This document shows positions 22,553-35,517 of a DNA stretch of 64,000 nt, piece by piece. Both the position numbers and the translations under genes were made by a program. How positions within the stretch are numbered: the stretch's first letter is position 1; the number at the start of each line of letters is the position of its first letter. The notes beneath the pieces are model-generated. The model was not told where the DNA came from and ran no database searches. It saw nothing but the letters and a program-made list of their open reading frames with translations. This stretch comes from Podarcis muralis (Eukaryota). The DNA lies in contig NC_135664.1 of NCBI RefSeq assembly GCF_964188315.1, forward strand, positions 51,646,001-51,710,000, written 5' to 3'.

Positions 22553-25421
22553 AGCTTTCAAAACAATGCCTTAAGGAAATAGCCCTGCTGTGTCACAGTT
22601 GCATAATTTTAACATCCTATTATTAGGATTGCCACACTCCTTAAGAGTGCTGGGAGTCTTTTGGATTCTAAGCACTCCTCTTCCTATCCAACAACCAGCC
22701 TGGGTTTTCACTTTTTTGAAAGCTTTTATAATTAAGCACACAAAATAAGCAGGGGCACTAGTTGTTGTGACAGGCGCTCAGTACCAGAGAGAACTAAGTA
22801 AGCTTGGATCAGCGAGGATGCTTTTAAAATCAGCCATATCAATTCTGCACGTTACCTTTCTTTTATTCCCAGTAGGACTAAGCATATGTAACCAGACAAC
22901 CCTGTGATCACAATATCTCATTTACAGTTTAAGACCCTCAGTGGAGGGTTGCCACCTTGAATGGCAATTAATTTCTACAGGATTTTAAGTCTAAATATTT
23001 CTATATTCTATCTCTTTGTTTCAGTCTGGCTACTCATTCTAAAAATAATATCCACATACAAACCAATTAAAAGTCAAACACCTGGAAGACACTCAGAATG
23101 TTTTTTACAAAGGTCCTTAACAAAAAGGAATTGGATGTTTCTGCTTTAATAAATGCTTTTAGGAATCTTTGTTAGAGTGTGGTTGAACAGCATGGAGCAG
23201 TAAACTGAAATTTTTCAATATCTGCAATCATGCTAGTCAAGGTATCCCAGATGAAGAGCTCCTTTTAAGCTCTCATATAGCCATGGGCTTCTTACAGTCT
23301 TTTGCTGTCTTAATTCAGCTCCCCGAAAAACACTTATTCAGAGAGTAGCGGTGATAAAATCCTTATGTTGGGATGGTTTGATGTATCACATTCTGGGTTT
23401 GAAGAATTCTGTTCTCTCACCCTTTACAAAAGTTTGATGTATAGAAATATTTTAAATAAAATATTATGAAGCTGCCTTACCATTGTTCCAGCATTGTCTT
23501 CTCTGACTGGCAACAGCTCCCCCCATGGTCTTGAGTACAGATGTTTCCCAGCCTTGCTACATAATTTATTTTTTTAGCAAGAGAAATCAGGGTTAAACCT
23601 GCAGGCAGAGGATGTGTTCTACCACTTAAGCTACTGTCATTTCCCTTGGCAGCTGAAATAGATAGCAACAGCTGGATCATTTATATCAGACTGTTTAATG
23701 CACAAAATTCTAGAAACTAGAATAAGTGATTTTTGACAAACAATGGCTTTTGGCTGTCAGCAAAACAAAACAAAAATGAAAAACATTAATCTACTGTTTA
23801 GAATTAGAATCAATGGAGCTCAGGTGCTTAGCTTTTTCTTGATTTTAACACATACATTTTAGGAAATGCAGCATACAGAATTTTCATGTGTACCTCAGCC
23901 ATCTTTATACTACCAAAAACACTACAAAGTCAACAAGAACACGCTGAAGAGTTTCCAAATGAAATTTGCAAGGCATGAACCCCATTAACCCGCATTACAG
24001 TCCACTAATTTGAGGGCTACTTTGCAGTTAATGGATTATGAATTAGGAGCAAGAGAACAAATGATAAATCTACATGTTGCTCAGGAAACCTTGAAAATGT
24101 ATGTGTTAAATTAATTTCTATGCAAGTCACCTAGTTATTTTTAATCACTTGGATTTTATCCTTGCCAGTCTTCAGTGCTATTTTGTCATCATCCCCCCCC
24201 CCGCCCCCATTTTCAGCAAAACTACCTACTGAGGTGCAAATTCTAGGAAGGTCTATGTTTTCATAGTGAAAATGGTATTGTCTAACCCATCAACCAGGGC
24301 TGCTGCACAGACTCTACTCATTTTCATCTGCAACACTGAAACAAATGATGCATAGCTGCAGCTGCTGTTGAATTCATGACAGTGTTCAAGAAGCGGGTTT
24401 TAGAATCATTTGTATTGTTGGACTAGAAGCCACAAAAAGTGTTTTTATTCTAAGCTAGAAGTTATCCAGTAATGTATGGACTGTAAACTTGGACATACAC
24501 TTCCGTTTAAACAAACTAACAGCACAAAGGAGTTTTCATTTTGAGGTGGGGGTTTGGAAACCAGCAAGTTACACCTGAGATTTAGCAGTCTTCTCTTCAG
24601 TCAGTATGAACAGTGTTAAAAAAGTAAAGCTTCTTTCACAGACTGCATTGAAATGAGGGAAATTACAAAATCCTTCCAGTCACTAAGAAAAAATAGATTG
24701 TTTTTCACCGTAAGGCATGAATGATTAGATTGGTATACCACACAACTACATATATATAGAGGCGCACGCACACACATGCACACACAGAGTGAATGCAGTC
24801 ACCATTCAGAGTTTATAGAGTGTATAAAAATAGGTTCAAAAAGCAAAGATATATGAAGACCCTTTAAGCAGTTCAATGATTCTTTATAAAAAAAAAATAC
24901 AGACGCCATAGGCTTGCAGCTAGAACATCAATATATTTATGGTACTATAGAAGTTACCAACTGAGGACATGATCTAGCCAATATTTAAAGCACTTTGATG
25001 TTCAACTGATCCTAAAGGGGCAGGTAAGCACAGGCTTTAGCTCTTCCCATTGGGACCAACAGGACTTCAAAGTGCTTCACCTTTTGCTAGGTCATCCCCT
25101 CCATTTTCATTTTCACATTTTTAGTTCAAGACTGCAAAATAGATCTACAGTGAATATTCATATGTGAGCTACCCTTTCAGATCCATGTACTTGATTCCAT
25201 GTTCATCAAGTGTAACATTTCACAGATGAGTGCTTGAAGAAATCTATCGTTTTAAATGAAATTCCAGACACTGGGGTATCACACGGCTCTTGTCCCTTTC
25301 AGGTGAAAGTCATTCACAAAGCTCTTTATAGGAGTCTTAAGACCTGTGGTTTTGTAGCAGTCCATTTCTGCAGATTCCACAACCACAGAAGCAACTTCCT
25401 TGGCCTCAGTTGCTCTTTCTT

Positions 25422-25781
<360 letters not shown>

Positions 25782-26377
25782 CTACCATGACATATACCAC
25801 ATGGACTATAAGCATTCTATGGGATGGCTGTTGGAAGAAGCCATTGCAAGTTTTTTTTAAAAAGGATAACATTTTCAAAAAAGATATTAAAATATTTTGC
25901 GTAATTGTTAAACTTGCGCCACTTTTTTCCTTTATCAAGGTGTTGTCTCCTGACTTCGGTCTTGTAAATAAACTGGAGCAGTGCTTATTCGGGGGGGGGG
26001 GGGGGATAACACAAATTTCCAGAGTCTCAGAACCTTTCAGGAGCACATGGAAGATTCTGTCTAACCCAAACCTACTTTTACAAATGGCCTCGTCCTTGAT
26101 TTCCTCTCTAAGGAATCCTGCAACCTTTGGTTATGATTTGCTTGCATATTGTGTATGCTTTGGGAAGAACTAGGGTTTAACCATTTTCATAATTCTCTTT
26201 GGAAAAGAAAGGTTTTGACCTGCCTTTCAAAATATAGTAAGGAAGGAACATTCCCTCAGATAATCAGGAGCCAGGATGTTTCCTTATTTTTAATGCCTCA
26301 ATGTCATTTCCAGGCTTCTTCCAGATGTGCATGCCAGTTCCCCACTGGGAAGTAGCTCATATACCCAACCCTTAAAA

Positions 26378-26513
26378 CAGGGATGGCCAAACTTGGTCCT
26401 CCAGCTGTTTTGGGACTACAACTCCCATCACCCCTAGCTAACAGGACCAGAGGTCAGGGATGATGGGAATTGTAGTCCCAAAACAGCTAGAGGGCCACAT
26501 TTGACCATGCCTG
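26378..26513. mobile_element. Palindromic hAT MITE (136 bp) with 8-bp TSD, in a TMEM263 intron
   Basis: Near-complete inverted repeat (cagctgttttgggactacaactcccatca / tgatgggaattgtagtcccaaaacagct). TSD CCTTAAAA at 26370-26377 and 26514-26521. Confidence 0.9.
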
Positions 26514-26937
26514 CCTTAAAAGATCTACTCTGTGTATGGTTAATGTTGGATACACCCCCTAAGTGCCAAACTCTGAATGCCATGTTAGAAAAGAATAGGC
26601 TAGAATCCTTTATACATTTACTTGGGAGTAAATTCCACTGAACTCAATGGGACTTGCTTCTGCATAGGTCTGAATTAACACCATTTTTTTCTTGTTTTAC
26701 CAGACTTAAACAGGTTCAGAGCAGTAGAATAATCGGGTGCTTCCAGACATAACATTTTGTAGATTACTGGCTCTCCAGAGCACCCACAAGTCTCACTTCT
26801 ACTGTCAACTCCCATGCTGATAGCTGCTTGTCCGTGTAGTACAGAGAACACAGCTACCATCATGCCAACACAATGACTGTAAGCTCTAAAATAATCACTA
26901 AGAAATGAGAGATAATTCTTTCCACACCCTTGTTATA

Positions 26938-26970
26938 TGATGATGATGATGATGATGATGATGATGGTGA
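26938..26970. repeat. (ATG)n microsatellite
   Basis: Seen directly. Explains the poly-Met ORF at 26937. Confidence 0.95.
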
Positions 26971-28097
26971 TGATAGGCATTACTCAACTGTTGCTACTGA
27001 GAGTGACTAAAGTCAAAGTATGCTCAAGAACTGCACAGTCCAGTATTAACAACCACTTAAACCTGATTGTGTATCTAAGTACTGCAGAGGAGTCACGAGA
27101 AAGCCTAACAGTGGTTGACAGATCAGTTAGGTGATCACTCCTTTCAGAAGCCTGTGAATTTCAGTTTTTATAAGATGAATTCTCTATGTGAAAAGTGTCT
27201 AAGTTATCTGAATTTCTGAACCACATGCTATGAAGCACACAAGTCCATGAAATAAAATGGAATTGACCACTGTGAAACTCAAGCCTATTGGAAAAGACAA
27301 ACTATGCAAGAAATAAGTTCCTAAATTTCATTTAAACCAATAAGTTGGTAATAGCAAGACATACGCAGCCTAAAATAGAAATTCAGGAACATAAGAGAAA
27401 CCAATAGGCCAAGGTATGCAAGAAATAAAACAGGATTTATTGGCATATAAGCATGTACAGCTTCTGTGCTGTCCTATACACTAACAGCATCTCATTCTCT
27501 GAATGTGGATCCTTATACAGCCAAAACAACACCATCCATACATACATAGCAGGGAGGAATCAGCAGTGTTTTGGGAATCAAAGGTTTGCGGAATTTACCA
27601 AAAAGCATATGCCAGGGAAGATAAGATGCTAAGAGCTGGACCTGGTTGTTAAAAACCCAATGCCTCCTCAGCTGTGAAGCACACTGTGTGAGCATGGGCA
27701 AACACAATTTTAAACATAAAATAAATAAATAAAAAGTGTGTGATTTTCTTTGCAGAGTCAGCTATAGTCTTGAAATTGAAATAAGTTCATAAGAGGGAAA
27801 CTTATTCACAATTTAGTAAATAACTGATTAATAATGAATAGATGGACTACATTTCAGCCCCCACATTGCATTGCTCGGCTCCTCAGCACTAAGAGCAATC
27901 ATTTTCTGAAGTAGGCTTGATGAAATCCTTTAGCACTGTAACATACAAATATTTCTTCTTCTTTTTTACAAGTTTACTGAGAAGTAAGTCTCACTGGATT
28001 CAATGGCACTTACACCCAGGAAACACAGGGACAAATAGGGTTGTAGCCAAAACCTTGAAGCTGACAGAACCATGGTAAACTTGTTATTGAAATTTAC

Positions 28098-28161
28098 CTT
28101 CTGGTGGCTCCTCATTAAGATATGCAGGGACATCTTGTTCATTTCTGTCTGTTTGGTTCAT
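28098..28161 (-). CDS. TMEM263: TMEM263 first coding exon (64 nt coding; exon starts at 28167)
   Basis: MNQTDRNEQDVPAYLNEEPPE. Acceptor ttttctcccacag| then 6 nt of UTR before the ATG. Donor GAAG|gtaaat at 28097. Not in the ORF track because it is short. Confidence 0.95.
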
Positions 28162-28478
28162 TATTGCCTGTGGGAGAAAAACAACCACCGAGTTCTCATT
28201 TACAATATAGGCACAAGTCAATCTTCCACTCACCTCCCTTTAAAATAGGAAAGAACATGTACAGCCTCATCCTAATACTTGCTACAACAGCCAGTTGGGT
28301 TGTACCAACTGCCGTGCCAATCCAATATAATGACATTATATGAGTGCTACAATCCGATGTTCAAGAGCCAGCAATGGCAGTTTTCACATTGTGCTAAGTT
28401 AAGCACAAACCTGCCAATCCAGCCTGCATTGGTTTAAAAAACAAACAAAAACATCACTGAATGGAATAAAGAATAATA

Positions 28479-30157
28479 CAGTGGTACCCCGCAAGACGAA
28501 CGCCTCGCGAGACGAAAAACTCGCAAAACGAAAGGTTTTTTCGTTTTCGAGTTGCCTCGCAAGACGAATTTCCCTATGGGCTTGCTTCGCAAAACGAAGC
28601 TTGCCCAGGGGACAGCGGGTCTTCTCTTTTGAAGCAAGGGGCGGCGGGGAGAAGCGATCTTCTCCCCGCAGCCCCAGGTCCGGGGACAGCGGGAAGCGCT
28701 TCCCGCTGCCCCCGGACCTCTTTTGAAGCAAGGGTTTGCGGGGAAAAGCAATCTCCCCGCAGCCCCTTGCTTCAAAAGAGGTCCGGGGGCAGCGGGAAGC
28801 GCAGCGCTTCTTCCCCGCTGCCCCCGGACCTCTTTTGAAGCAAGGGGCTGCGGGGAGATCGCTTCTCCCGGTGCTCCGAAGCCGGGCGGGGGGGAGGGAA
28901 CACCTGCCCCAGCCGCCCCGCTTCGGAACGCTGCCCCGAAGCGGGGCGGGGGGCGGGAACACCTGCCCCAGCCGCCCCGCTTCGGAACGCTGCTCCGAAG
29001 CGGGGTGGGGGGGGGCGGGAACACCTGCCCCAGCCGCCCCGCTTCGGAACGCTGCCCCGAAGCGGGGCGGGGGGGGGCGGGAACACCTGCCCCAGCCGCC
29101 CCGCTTCGGAACGCTGCCCCGAAGCGGGGCGGGGGGGCGGGAACACCTGCCCCAGCCGCCCCGCTTCGGAACGCTGCCCCGAAGCGGGGCGGGGGGGCGG
29201 GAACACCTGCCCCAGCCGCCCCGCTTCGGAACGCTGCCCCGAAGCGGGGCGGGGGGGCGGGAACACCTGCCCCAGCCGCCCCGCTTCGGAACGCTGCCCC
29301 GAAGCGGGGCGGGGGCGGGAACACCTGCCCCAGCCGCCCCGCTTCGGAACGCTGCCCCGAAGCGGGGCGGGGGGGGGCGGGAACACCTGCCCCAGCCGCC
29401 CCGCTTCGGAACGCTGCTCCGAAGCGGGACGGGGGGGGGCGGGAACACCTGCCCCAGCCGCCCCGCTTCGGAACGCTGCCCCGAAGCGGGGCGGGGGGGC
29501 GGGAACACCTGCCCCAGCCGCCCCGCTTCGGAACGCTGCTCCGAGGCGGGGGGGGGGCGGGAACCTCTCACCCCGCCGCCGGGCATCGGAACGAGGTCCT
29601 GGACCTCTTCTGAAGGCAGGCGGGGGCAAAAGTCTTTGCTCCCCCCGCCTGCCTTCCCGGGACAGCGGAGACTTCTCCGCTGCCCCGGGCGATCTTAAAA
29701 TGCTGGCGGGCGGGAGCGAAGCGTTCGCTGCCGACCCCCAGCATTTTAAAATCTCCTCGGGGCAGCGGAGACTTCGCTCCCGCCCGCCAGCATTTTAAAA
29801 TCGCCCCGGGACAGCAGGGGCTTTTAAAATGCTGGCGGTCGGCAGCAAAGCCCTCCTGTCCCCGGAGCTTGCGGGGCAGGAGGTGGGAAGAAGGGCTTTT
29901 CTTCCCACCGCCAGCCTTCAGAACAGCCTTCTGAAGGCTGGCAGTGGGAAGAAAAGCCCTTGTCCCCCCCCCCCCCAGCCTTCAGAAGAGGTCGGGGGAC
30001 AGACTGTCCCCGGACCTGGTCTGAAGGCGGTTTCCCTAGGAACGCATTAATTGATTTTCAATGCATTCCTATGGGAAACCGTGCATCGCAAGACGAAAAA
30101 ACCGCAAGACGAAGAGACTTGCGGAACGAATTAATTTCGTCTTGTGAGGCACCACTG
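28479..30157. mobile_element. 1.68-kb Tigger-like non-autonomous element carrying internal satellites
   Basis: TIRs CAGTGGTACCCCGCAAGACGAA and TTCGTCTTGTGAGGCACCACTG, TA flanks. A short copy of the same family is at 35181-35517. Confidence 0.88.
28890..29570. repeat. GC-rich minisatellite, about 60-bp unit, 11 copies plus a partial copy
   Basis: Unit gggcgggaacacctgccccagccgccccgcttcggaacgctgccccgaagcggggcgggg, with length varying in the G runs. Source of the 285-395 aa Pro/Gly/Arg ORFs on both strands. Confidence 0.97.
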
Positions 30158-30358
30158 TACATGATATACTGAATCAGTATAAAAAAAGCTACCACGGGCA
30201 GCCATTCAAAGAGCACAAAACTGCCAGAATAGCTCCTTACTTGAGGAACAGGCAACTTTGTCTCACTTTCTAACAACAGTACTTTACTGTCAAGAATTAT
30301 ACTGCACAAATTATACTTCACAAATTGAAGAGTCAGCCTTCCTTACTACAGATTAGGC

Positions 30359-30710
30359 CAGGGGTCTGCAACCTTTAAGACAAAAAGAGCCACTTGGACC
30401 CGTTTCCGAAGAAAAAAACAACTGGGAGCCGCAAAACCACTGCGACATTTAAAACAAATATAACACTGCATATATTGTTTCTTACCTTAATGTCCGATCT
30501 GACAGCGGGCGGGAAGGCGACGTCGGGACGGTGCGTGACTAACGCACGCACTGCACCCATGCGACGTCACAGCCAGTACAGCGCCCGCCACAGTGGGGAG
30601 TGTCGGGGTGCACAATGCGCCTCCTCCCCTCGCTAGTATCCACCCCGGAGCCGCGGCAAAGGTGTAAAAGAGCCACATGCGGCTCCGGAGCCGCGGGTTG
30701 CAGACCCCTG
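30359..30710. mobile_element. hAT MITE with 8-bp TSD
   Basis: TIRs CAGGGGTCTGCAACC and GGTTGCAGACCCCTG. TSD GATTAGGC at 30351-30358 and 30711-30718. Confidence 0.92.
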
Positions 30711-30722
30711 GATTAGGCAATA

Positions 30723-30948
30723 CAGTGGTACCTCAGGTTACAGATGCTTCAGGTTACTGACCCCACTAACCCAGAAATAGTACCTCGGGTTAAGAACTTT
30801 GCTTCAGGATGAGAACAGAAATCGCACGGCGGCGGCGCAGCAGCAGCAGGAGGCCCCATTAGCTAAAGTGGTACCTCAGGTTAAGAACAGTTTCAGGTTA
30901 AGAACGGACCTCCAGAACAAATTAATATCTTAACCTGAGGTACCACTG
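30723..30948. mobile_element. Tigger-type MITE (3989/17343 family)
   Basis: TIRs CAGTGGTACCTC and GAGGTACCACTG, TA flanks. Confidence 0.9.
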
Positions 30949-31234
30949 TATTCATTCAGACAAGTCTACCCAGATATTGGCACCCTATTCAAGATCTCCT
31001 GTTCAGCAAGCTGATTTTTTTAGTTCACGGAGAAAGGTTCTACCATACATGAAACATCTTCCATCAGTTGCTTCAGGCATCTTGTAATGATAAAACTTTT
31101 TTGCTTAGTCTTTCCCTGACCAATAATATTGGGCCCTTACTAGAGTTTTGCATTTATGATACTATTTTACTGGGGGCTTTTGTGTATTTTTGTTCACTTG
31201 GAGATTTAAAATTTTAAACGGTTTAGAAATGCTT

Positions 31235-31237
<3 letters not shown>

Positions 31238-31274
<37 letters not shown>

Positions 31275-31275
31275 A
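31238..31275. repeat. (TAAA)n microsatellite
   Basis: Seen directly. Confidence 0.9.
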
Positions 31276-32044
31276 TGTTTCCCTACGACTTAATAAAAAT
31301 GATGTAAGAATTATGCTGAGAACAGGTCTCTCTTCAGCAAGAAAATCCAGTGGGTAGCCACATTGGCAGGGATCCTCAAATATGGTTATCGGGGCAACAA
31401 TAAATTTGATTTGAACAGTCAAGAATTGAAAACGTCTGGTAAACTCCACCCTAGCAATGGCAAGCTTTCAAAACAAAACAAAAAACACCCCAGAACAAAA
31501 CACATTGGCAGCCACTGGAGGCAAAGTGCATGTTTTCCAAATAGGTAATAGGATGCCCTGTGCTTGAACATATCTTCAGGGTCATGGGTTTGAGGGAAAG
31601 GGTTTCCTATACACACAGCTCCTGATACTCTTCCCCTGTAAAGCCCACTCAGAAGGCAATGGGTACAAAAGGGACACAGGAGACAGTCTTGCTGGCAACC
31701 AAATACAATGAATGTTACCAAGCCCAGCAAAAGTTATGGACTCCTGGATGCTAGCAGAACCTCACAGTTCTTAATTCCAACCATTTATATAGTTTTTCAA
31801 TAAACAGGGAAGAGTTGAGGTTGCATGGATATTGAACAAGTAGAAAATGCAAAAACAAAAGAAGTTGATTTAGTGGTGTGCCATTGTAGTAGATTACATT
31901 GCTACACTTTAAAAAATGCTGAACTACACATAAACTACGGGACAAGGACAACTGTGACTTTAAAGATGAATGGGAACCTTTTACAAAGTACTTAAAGACG
32001 CAACAAAGTGAATTGGACTCCTTGGCAGGTTTTGAATAAACAAT

Positions 32045-32290
32045 CACAAACTTTTTATTGATAACAAACAGCTAGACAAATTAAGGATCTATACAAATTT
32101 GTAACATGCAGAGAATAGCATTCATAGAGAAACCAGAGATTGGAACTGAGGAACTGAGGAGATTGGAACAGGGGGGGTGGGGAGGGGGGGTTGTTTTACG
32201 GGAGGGAGAGGGAAATGGGGGGGAATTAAGGATGATATGTTTTAAGATAATATGTTTTGTTTAAAGTCTTAATAAAAAATTATTTTTAAA
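32045..32290 (+). mobile_element. L1/Tx1-like LINE 3' end fragment (approximate)
   Basis: G-rich tract followed by AATAAA and an A-rich tail. A similar architecture occurs at 36270-36455. Confidence 0.4.
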
Positions 32291-33343
32291 AATGCTGAAC
32301 TAATGAATGAACTGACTTTTGGACTTTGATGGGCTATTAATATTAAAATCACCAGGACAAGCTCAACCTCAAGTGCAAATATTTATCAACTGCTGATGGA
32401 ATGAGATCCTGTGAATATATAACATTCCTGCTCAGATGTCTGCGCCAGATGCAGATTTGTTACTGGACCAAGTTCAAAGTGTTAACAGCTTAGTAGCAGT
32501 TTACTCAAAGGATGACCTTACCCCATACATGCCCATTCAACCACTCTGATCTGTGGAATAATATACAATCTGCACTTGTAAGGAAAAAATATTTTGGCAT
32601 GGCAACTCCCACACTCTGAAATTTCCTTCCCACTGACATTAGGCAGGTGCTGTATTCCTTTCAGAACCTGCTAAAAACCTTTTTGTTAGGTGAGCCTACC
32701 CAGACATGTATTTTAATCTGGAATTTTAACTTATAATGTATATTTTTAACTGAGGGTTTTAGTCATAATTTTGATTTTTTAACTTTGATTTTTATTGACA
32801 ATTTTAACAAATAAATATTATTAGAGGTTTTATTTACAATTAAGTGGTATATAAATTTTGTTGACTTTAATTAATTAAAAGGGACACATTTTAAGTTATC
32901 TAGTTTTTAAATGCCTGCTTGCTATTTTAATGTGAAACATACAGTTAAATGTGTGAGAGAGAGATCAGAACTATACCATGATGCTAAATATATCTGCTAA
33001 GACAAGTTCTGCGGAAGTCAGTAGGTCTTAATTCCAATTAAGTAAGTTTAAAATAAAGGTGTCAGACGCCTCCCCCTCATACCATACAAGGTTACCAGTC
33101 GGAAGCATTTAAAAGGAAGGCAGCCAAGTAATACCATCTAACAGAGTTAGTTCAATAATGCCATGCAGGACATGTTGCCTTATTAATTTCCCAGTCCTTA
33201 ATTAGGGTCAGTGAGATCAGATACAGTTTTGCCAAGAGATGTGGTATTAACACTACTGTATTGGCCACATTCCAGCCACATATCTCTTACAGTTTTAATT
33301 GGCTATAGCATTAATCTCTATTTCCTGTCTTTAGAATACAGTA

Positions 33344-33514
33344 CAGTGGTACCTTGGGTTAAGTAGTTAATTCGTTCTGGAGGTCCGTTCTTAACCTGAA
33401 ACTTGTTAACCTGAAGCACCACTTTAGCTAATGGGGCCTCCCGCTGCCGCCGCGCCGCCAAAGCACAATTTCTGTTCTCATCCTGAAGCAAAGTTCTTAC
33501 CGAGGTACCCACTG
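33344..33514. mobile_element. Tigger-type MITE (reverse orientation, internally shortened)
   Basis: Ends ta-cagtggtaccttgggtt and ccgaggtacccactg-ta. Confidence 0.85.
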
Positions 33515-33856
33515 TAGTATTAAAAAGCTTCTTTGAAAGTTGCTATTTTGGAAGTAGCACACATTTTAGAAGTGTACATATTCAGTGCTGAATAACAGGG
33601 TTTATTATTCTCATTGTATCTGTAATTCACTTCCCAAAGTCAATGACGAATTTTTATCATTTAAGCAGAACTGAACATTCCGTTTTAGGCTTTTAGAAGA
33701 AATGCAGGACAAAAATAATTAAATTACCAAAATTAAGCAGCTAACACGTAGATAAGTGTCAAGTACACTACGTTTGTTTAAGAAGCATTATGCAGCACTA
33801 GAATTAAACAAGTAGTATTAAATATAAATATTTTACACAACATATAAAGTACATAC

Positions 33857-33951
33857 CTATTTAACGCCTTGCTGTGTAGCTTCAAGATGACCAGCACAAG
33901 TTCTCTCCTTGTTTCCCCTTATTATTAAACAGCAGTCTACAATTATAAACA
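33857..33951 (-). other. Candidate TMEM263 non-coding 5'UTR exon 2
   Basis: Donor TAG|gtatgt at 33856. Possible acceptor ttgatttgaccag| at 33953-33952. Mammalian TMEM263 has a second non-coding exon (recalled). Boundaries are uncertain. Confidence 0.35.
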
Positions 33952-35180
33952 CTGGTCAAATCAACAGATACAAAAACAGTACGTATCCAGTGAAATTAAT
34001 AATATAAGAAATTTCCAGAAGTAAAAGAAAGGTTGGTGTGTCCTTATAAAAAAATATGTCCAAAACATTCTGGAGTGTTTTTTCAAGTGAAGCAACACTT
34101 CACTGGCTAATCTTTAAATCATATACGTTTAACAAACAAGTATCCACATCTTTGAGAACCACCCAAAGGAGGAAGACAAGCATTTTAATGGATGATACAC
34201 ATAAATATGTGTGCCCTTGCTGTTATTGTGCAACTTCAGATTTCAACTGAAATGACAGACGCTAAATTGTAAAAACACATACACACACAATTTTGTAGAT
34301 TCATACTTATTCTGGGGGTGCCAAATGAACCATATACTAAAAGAGTCAAGGCTCCTGCAATCATCCAAGTTTCTATCAGTGTATAGGCACAAGGTGGAAG
34401 GTTGAACCAAAAGCTTAAAATATAAACATTTGGGAGCTGCTGCACATGTGTCCTTCATGGCCCTTCCTGTGGAAAGCTGCATGTTGCCTATCTACACATC
34501 ACCATATGCAACAAATGTGCATAAGCCCATTTTTTCAGGGAACTCTGCCATCTACTGGGACTTTCACCATAAGTAGGTGTGTGTCCATCCATCATGTGTG
34601 ATAGTATAAAAGCAGATTTAATGGCATTTCTGACATGAAGTGGTATCCCATACAAAATCTGTCTCTCAGTTATTTTACTGAAAACAATTTCCCCAATATC
34701 AATATAGTAAAAATGTGTAAATAGGCCCTCCGTTTGTATAGTGTATAGGCTAAGAGCCCAAGCTGTGAGCCAGAGAGTTCCTGGTTCAAATCTTGCCTCT
34801 GCCATGACAAAAGGTCTGGGGTGGGGAATCTGCAGCCGTCCAGATGTTAGAATCCACTCTCCTGTGAGCCCTGCCAGTGTAGCCAATGATGGGAATTGGG
34901 AGTTGTAGTCCAGCAACATCTGGAGAGCCTCATCCCTACACCAGATGCAACCTGAGGCAAGCCATCCTCAGTTCCTTTCCTCATCCACAGTATATGGTTT
35001 ATACAACAACCATGTAAAACAAGTGAGCAAACTGGCCAGATTATTGTTTTATGAGTGATTTTTCAGTATCTTAAATGTTTGCAGCAGGGTACTTTTCTTC
35101 ATATTTACAGGTAAGGTGAACACAACAATATGCATAACAAACTATTTTGACCGGGTTAATTAGTAGAGTATTCTGAAATA

Positions 35181-35517
35181 CAGTGGTGCCCCGCAAGACG
35201 AATGCCTCGCAAGATGAAAAACCCGCTAGACGAAAGGGTTTTCCGTTTTTGAGTTGCTTTGCAAGACGATTTCCCCTATGGGCTTGCTTCGCAAGACCCC
35301 CCCCCCTTTTTCTAAGCCGCTAAGCCGCTAATAGCCTTTTAGCCGCTAAGCCGCTAATAGCCTTTTAGCCGCTAAGCTGCTAAGCCTTTAATAGCCGCTA
35401 ATAGCGCTAATAGCGCTAATCCGCTAAACCGCTAATAGGGTTGCTTCGCAAGACGAAAAAACCGCTAGACGAAGAGACTCGCGGAACGGATTATTTTCGT
35501 CTTGCGAGGCACCACTG
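35181..35517. mobile_element. Tigger-like MITE, short member of the 28479 family, with internal (agccgcta/taatagc) repeats
   Basis: TIRs CAGTGGTGCCCCGCAAGACGAA and TTCGTCTTGCGAGGCACCACTG, TA flanks. Confidence 0.9.

Noticed and set aside
26937-27134. Poly-Met ORF; likewise the poly-Ile ORFs at 50800-51192 and 55375-55650
   Set aside because: Translations of (ATG)n and (ATT)n microsatellites.
28890-29570. CRISPR-like look (regularly spaced hairpin repeats)
   Set aside because: There are no unique spacers, the units are head-to-tail and near-identical, the context is a vertebrate intron, and no cas genes are present.
28399-29698. Several 285-395 aa Pro/Gly/Arg-rich ORFs on both strands
   Set aside because: They are translations of the stop-free GC-rich minisatellite inside a MITE and are open in many frames. 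No protein homology is recognisable.
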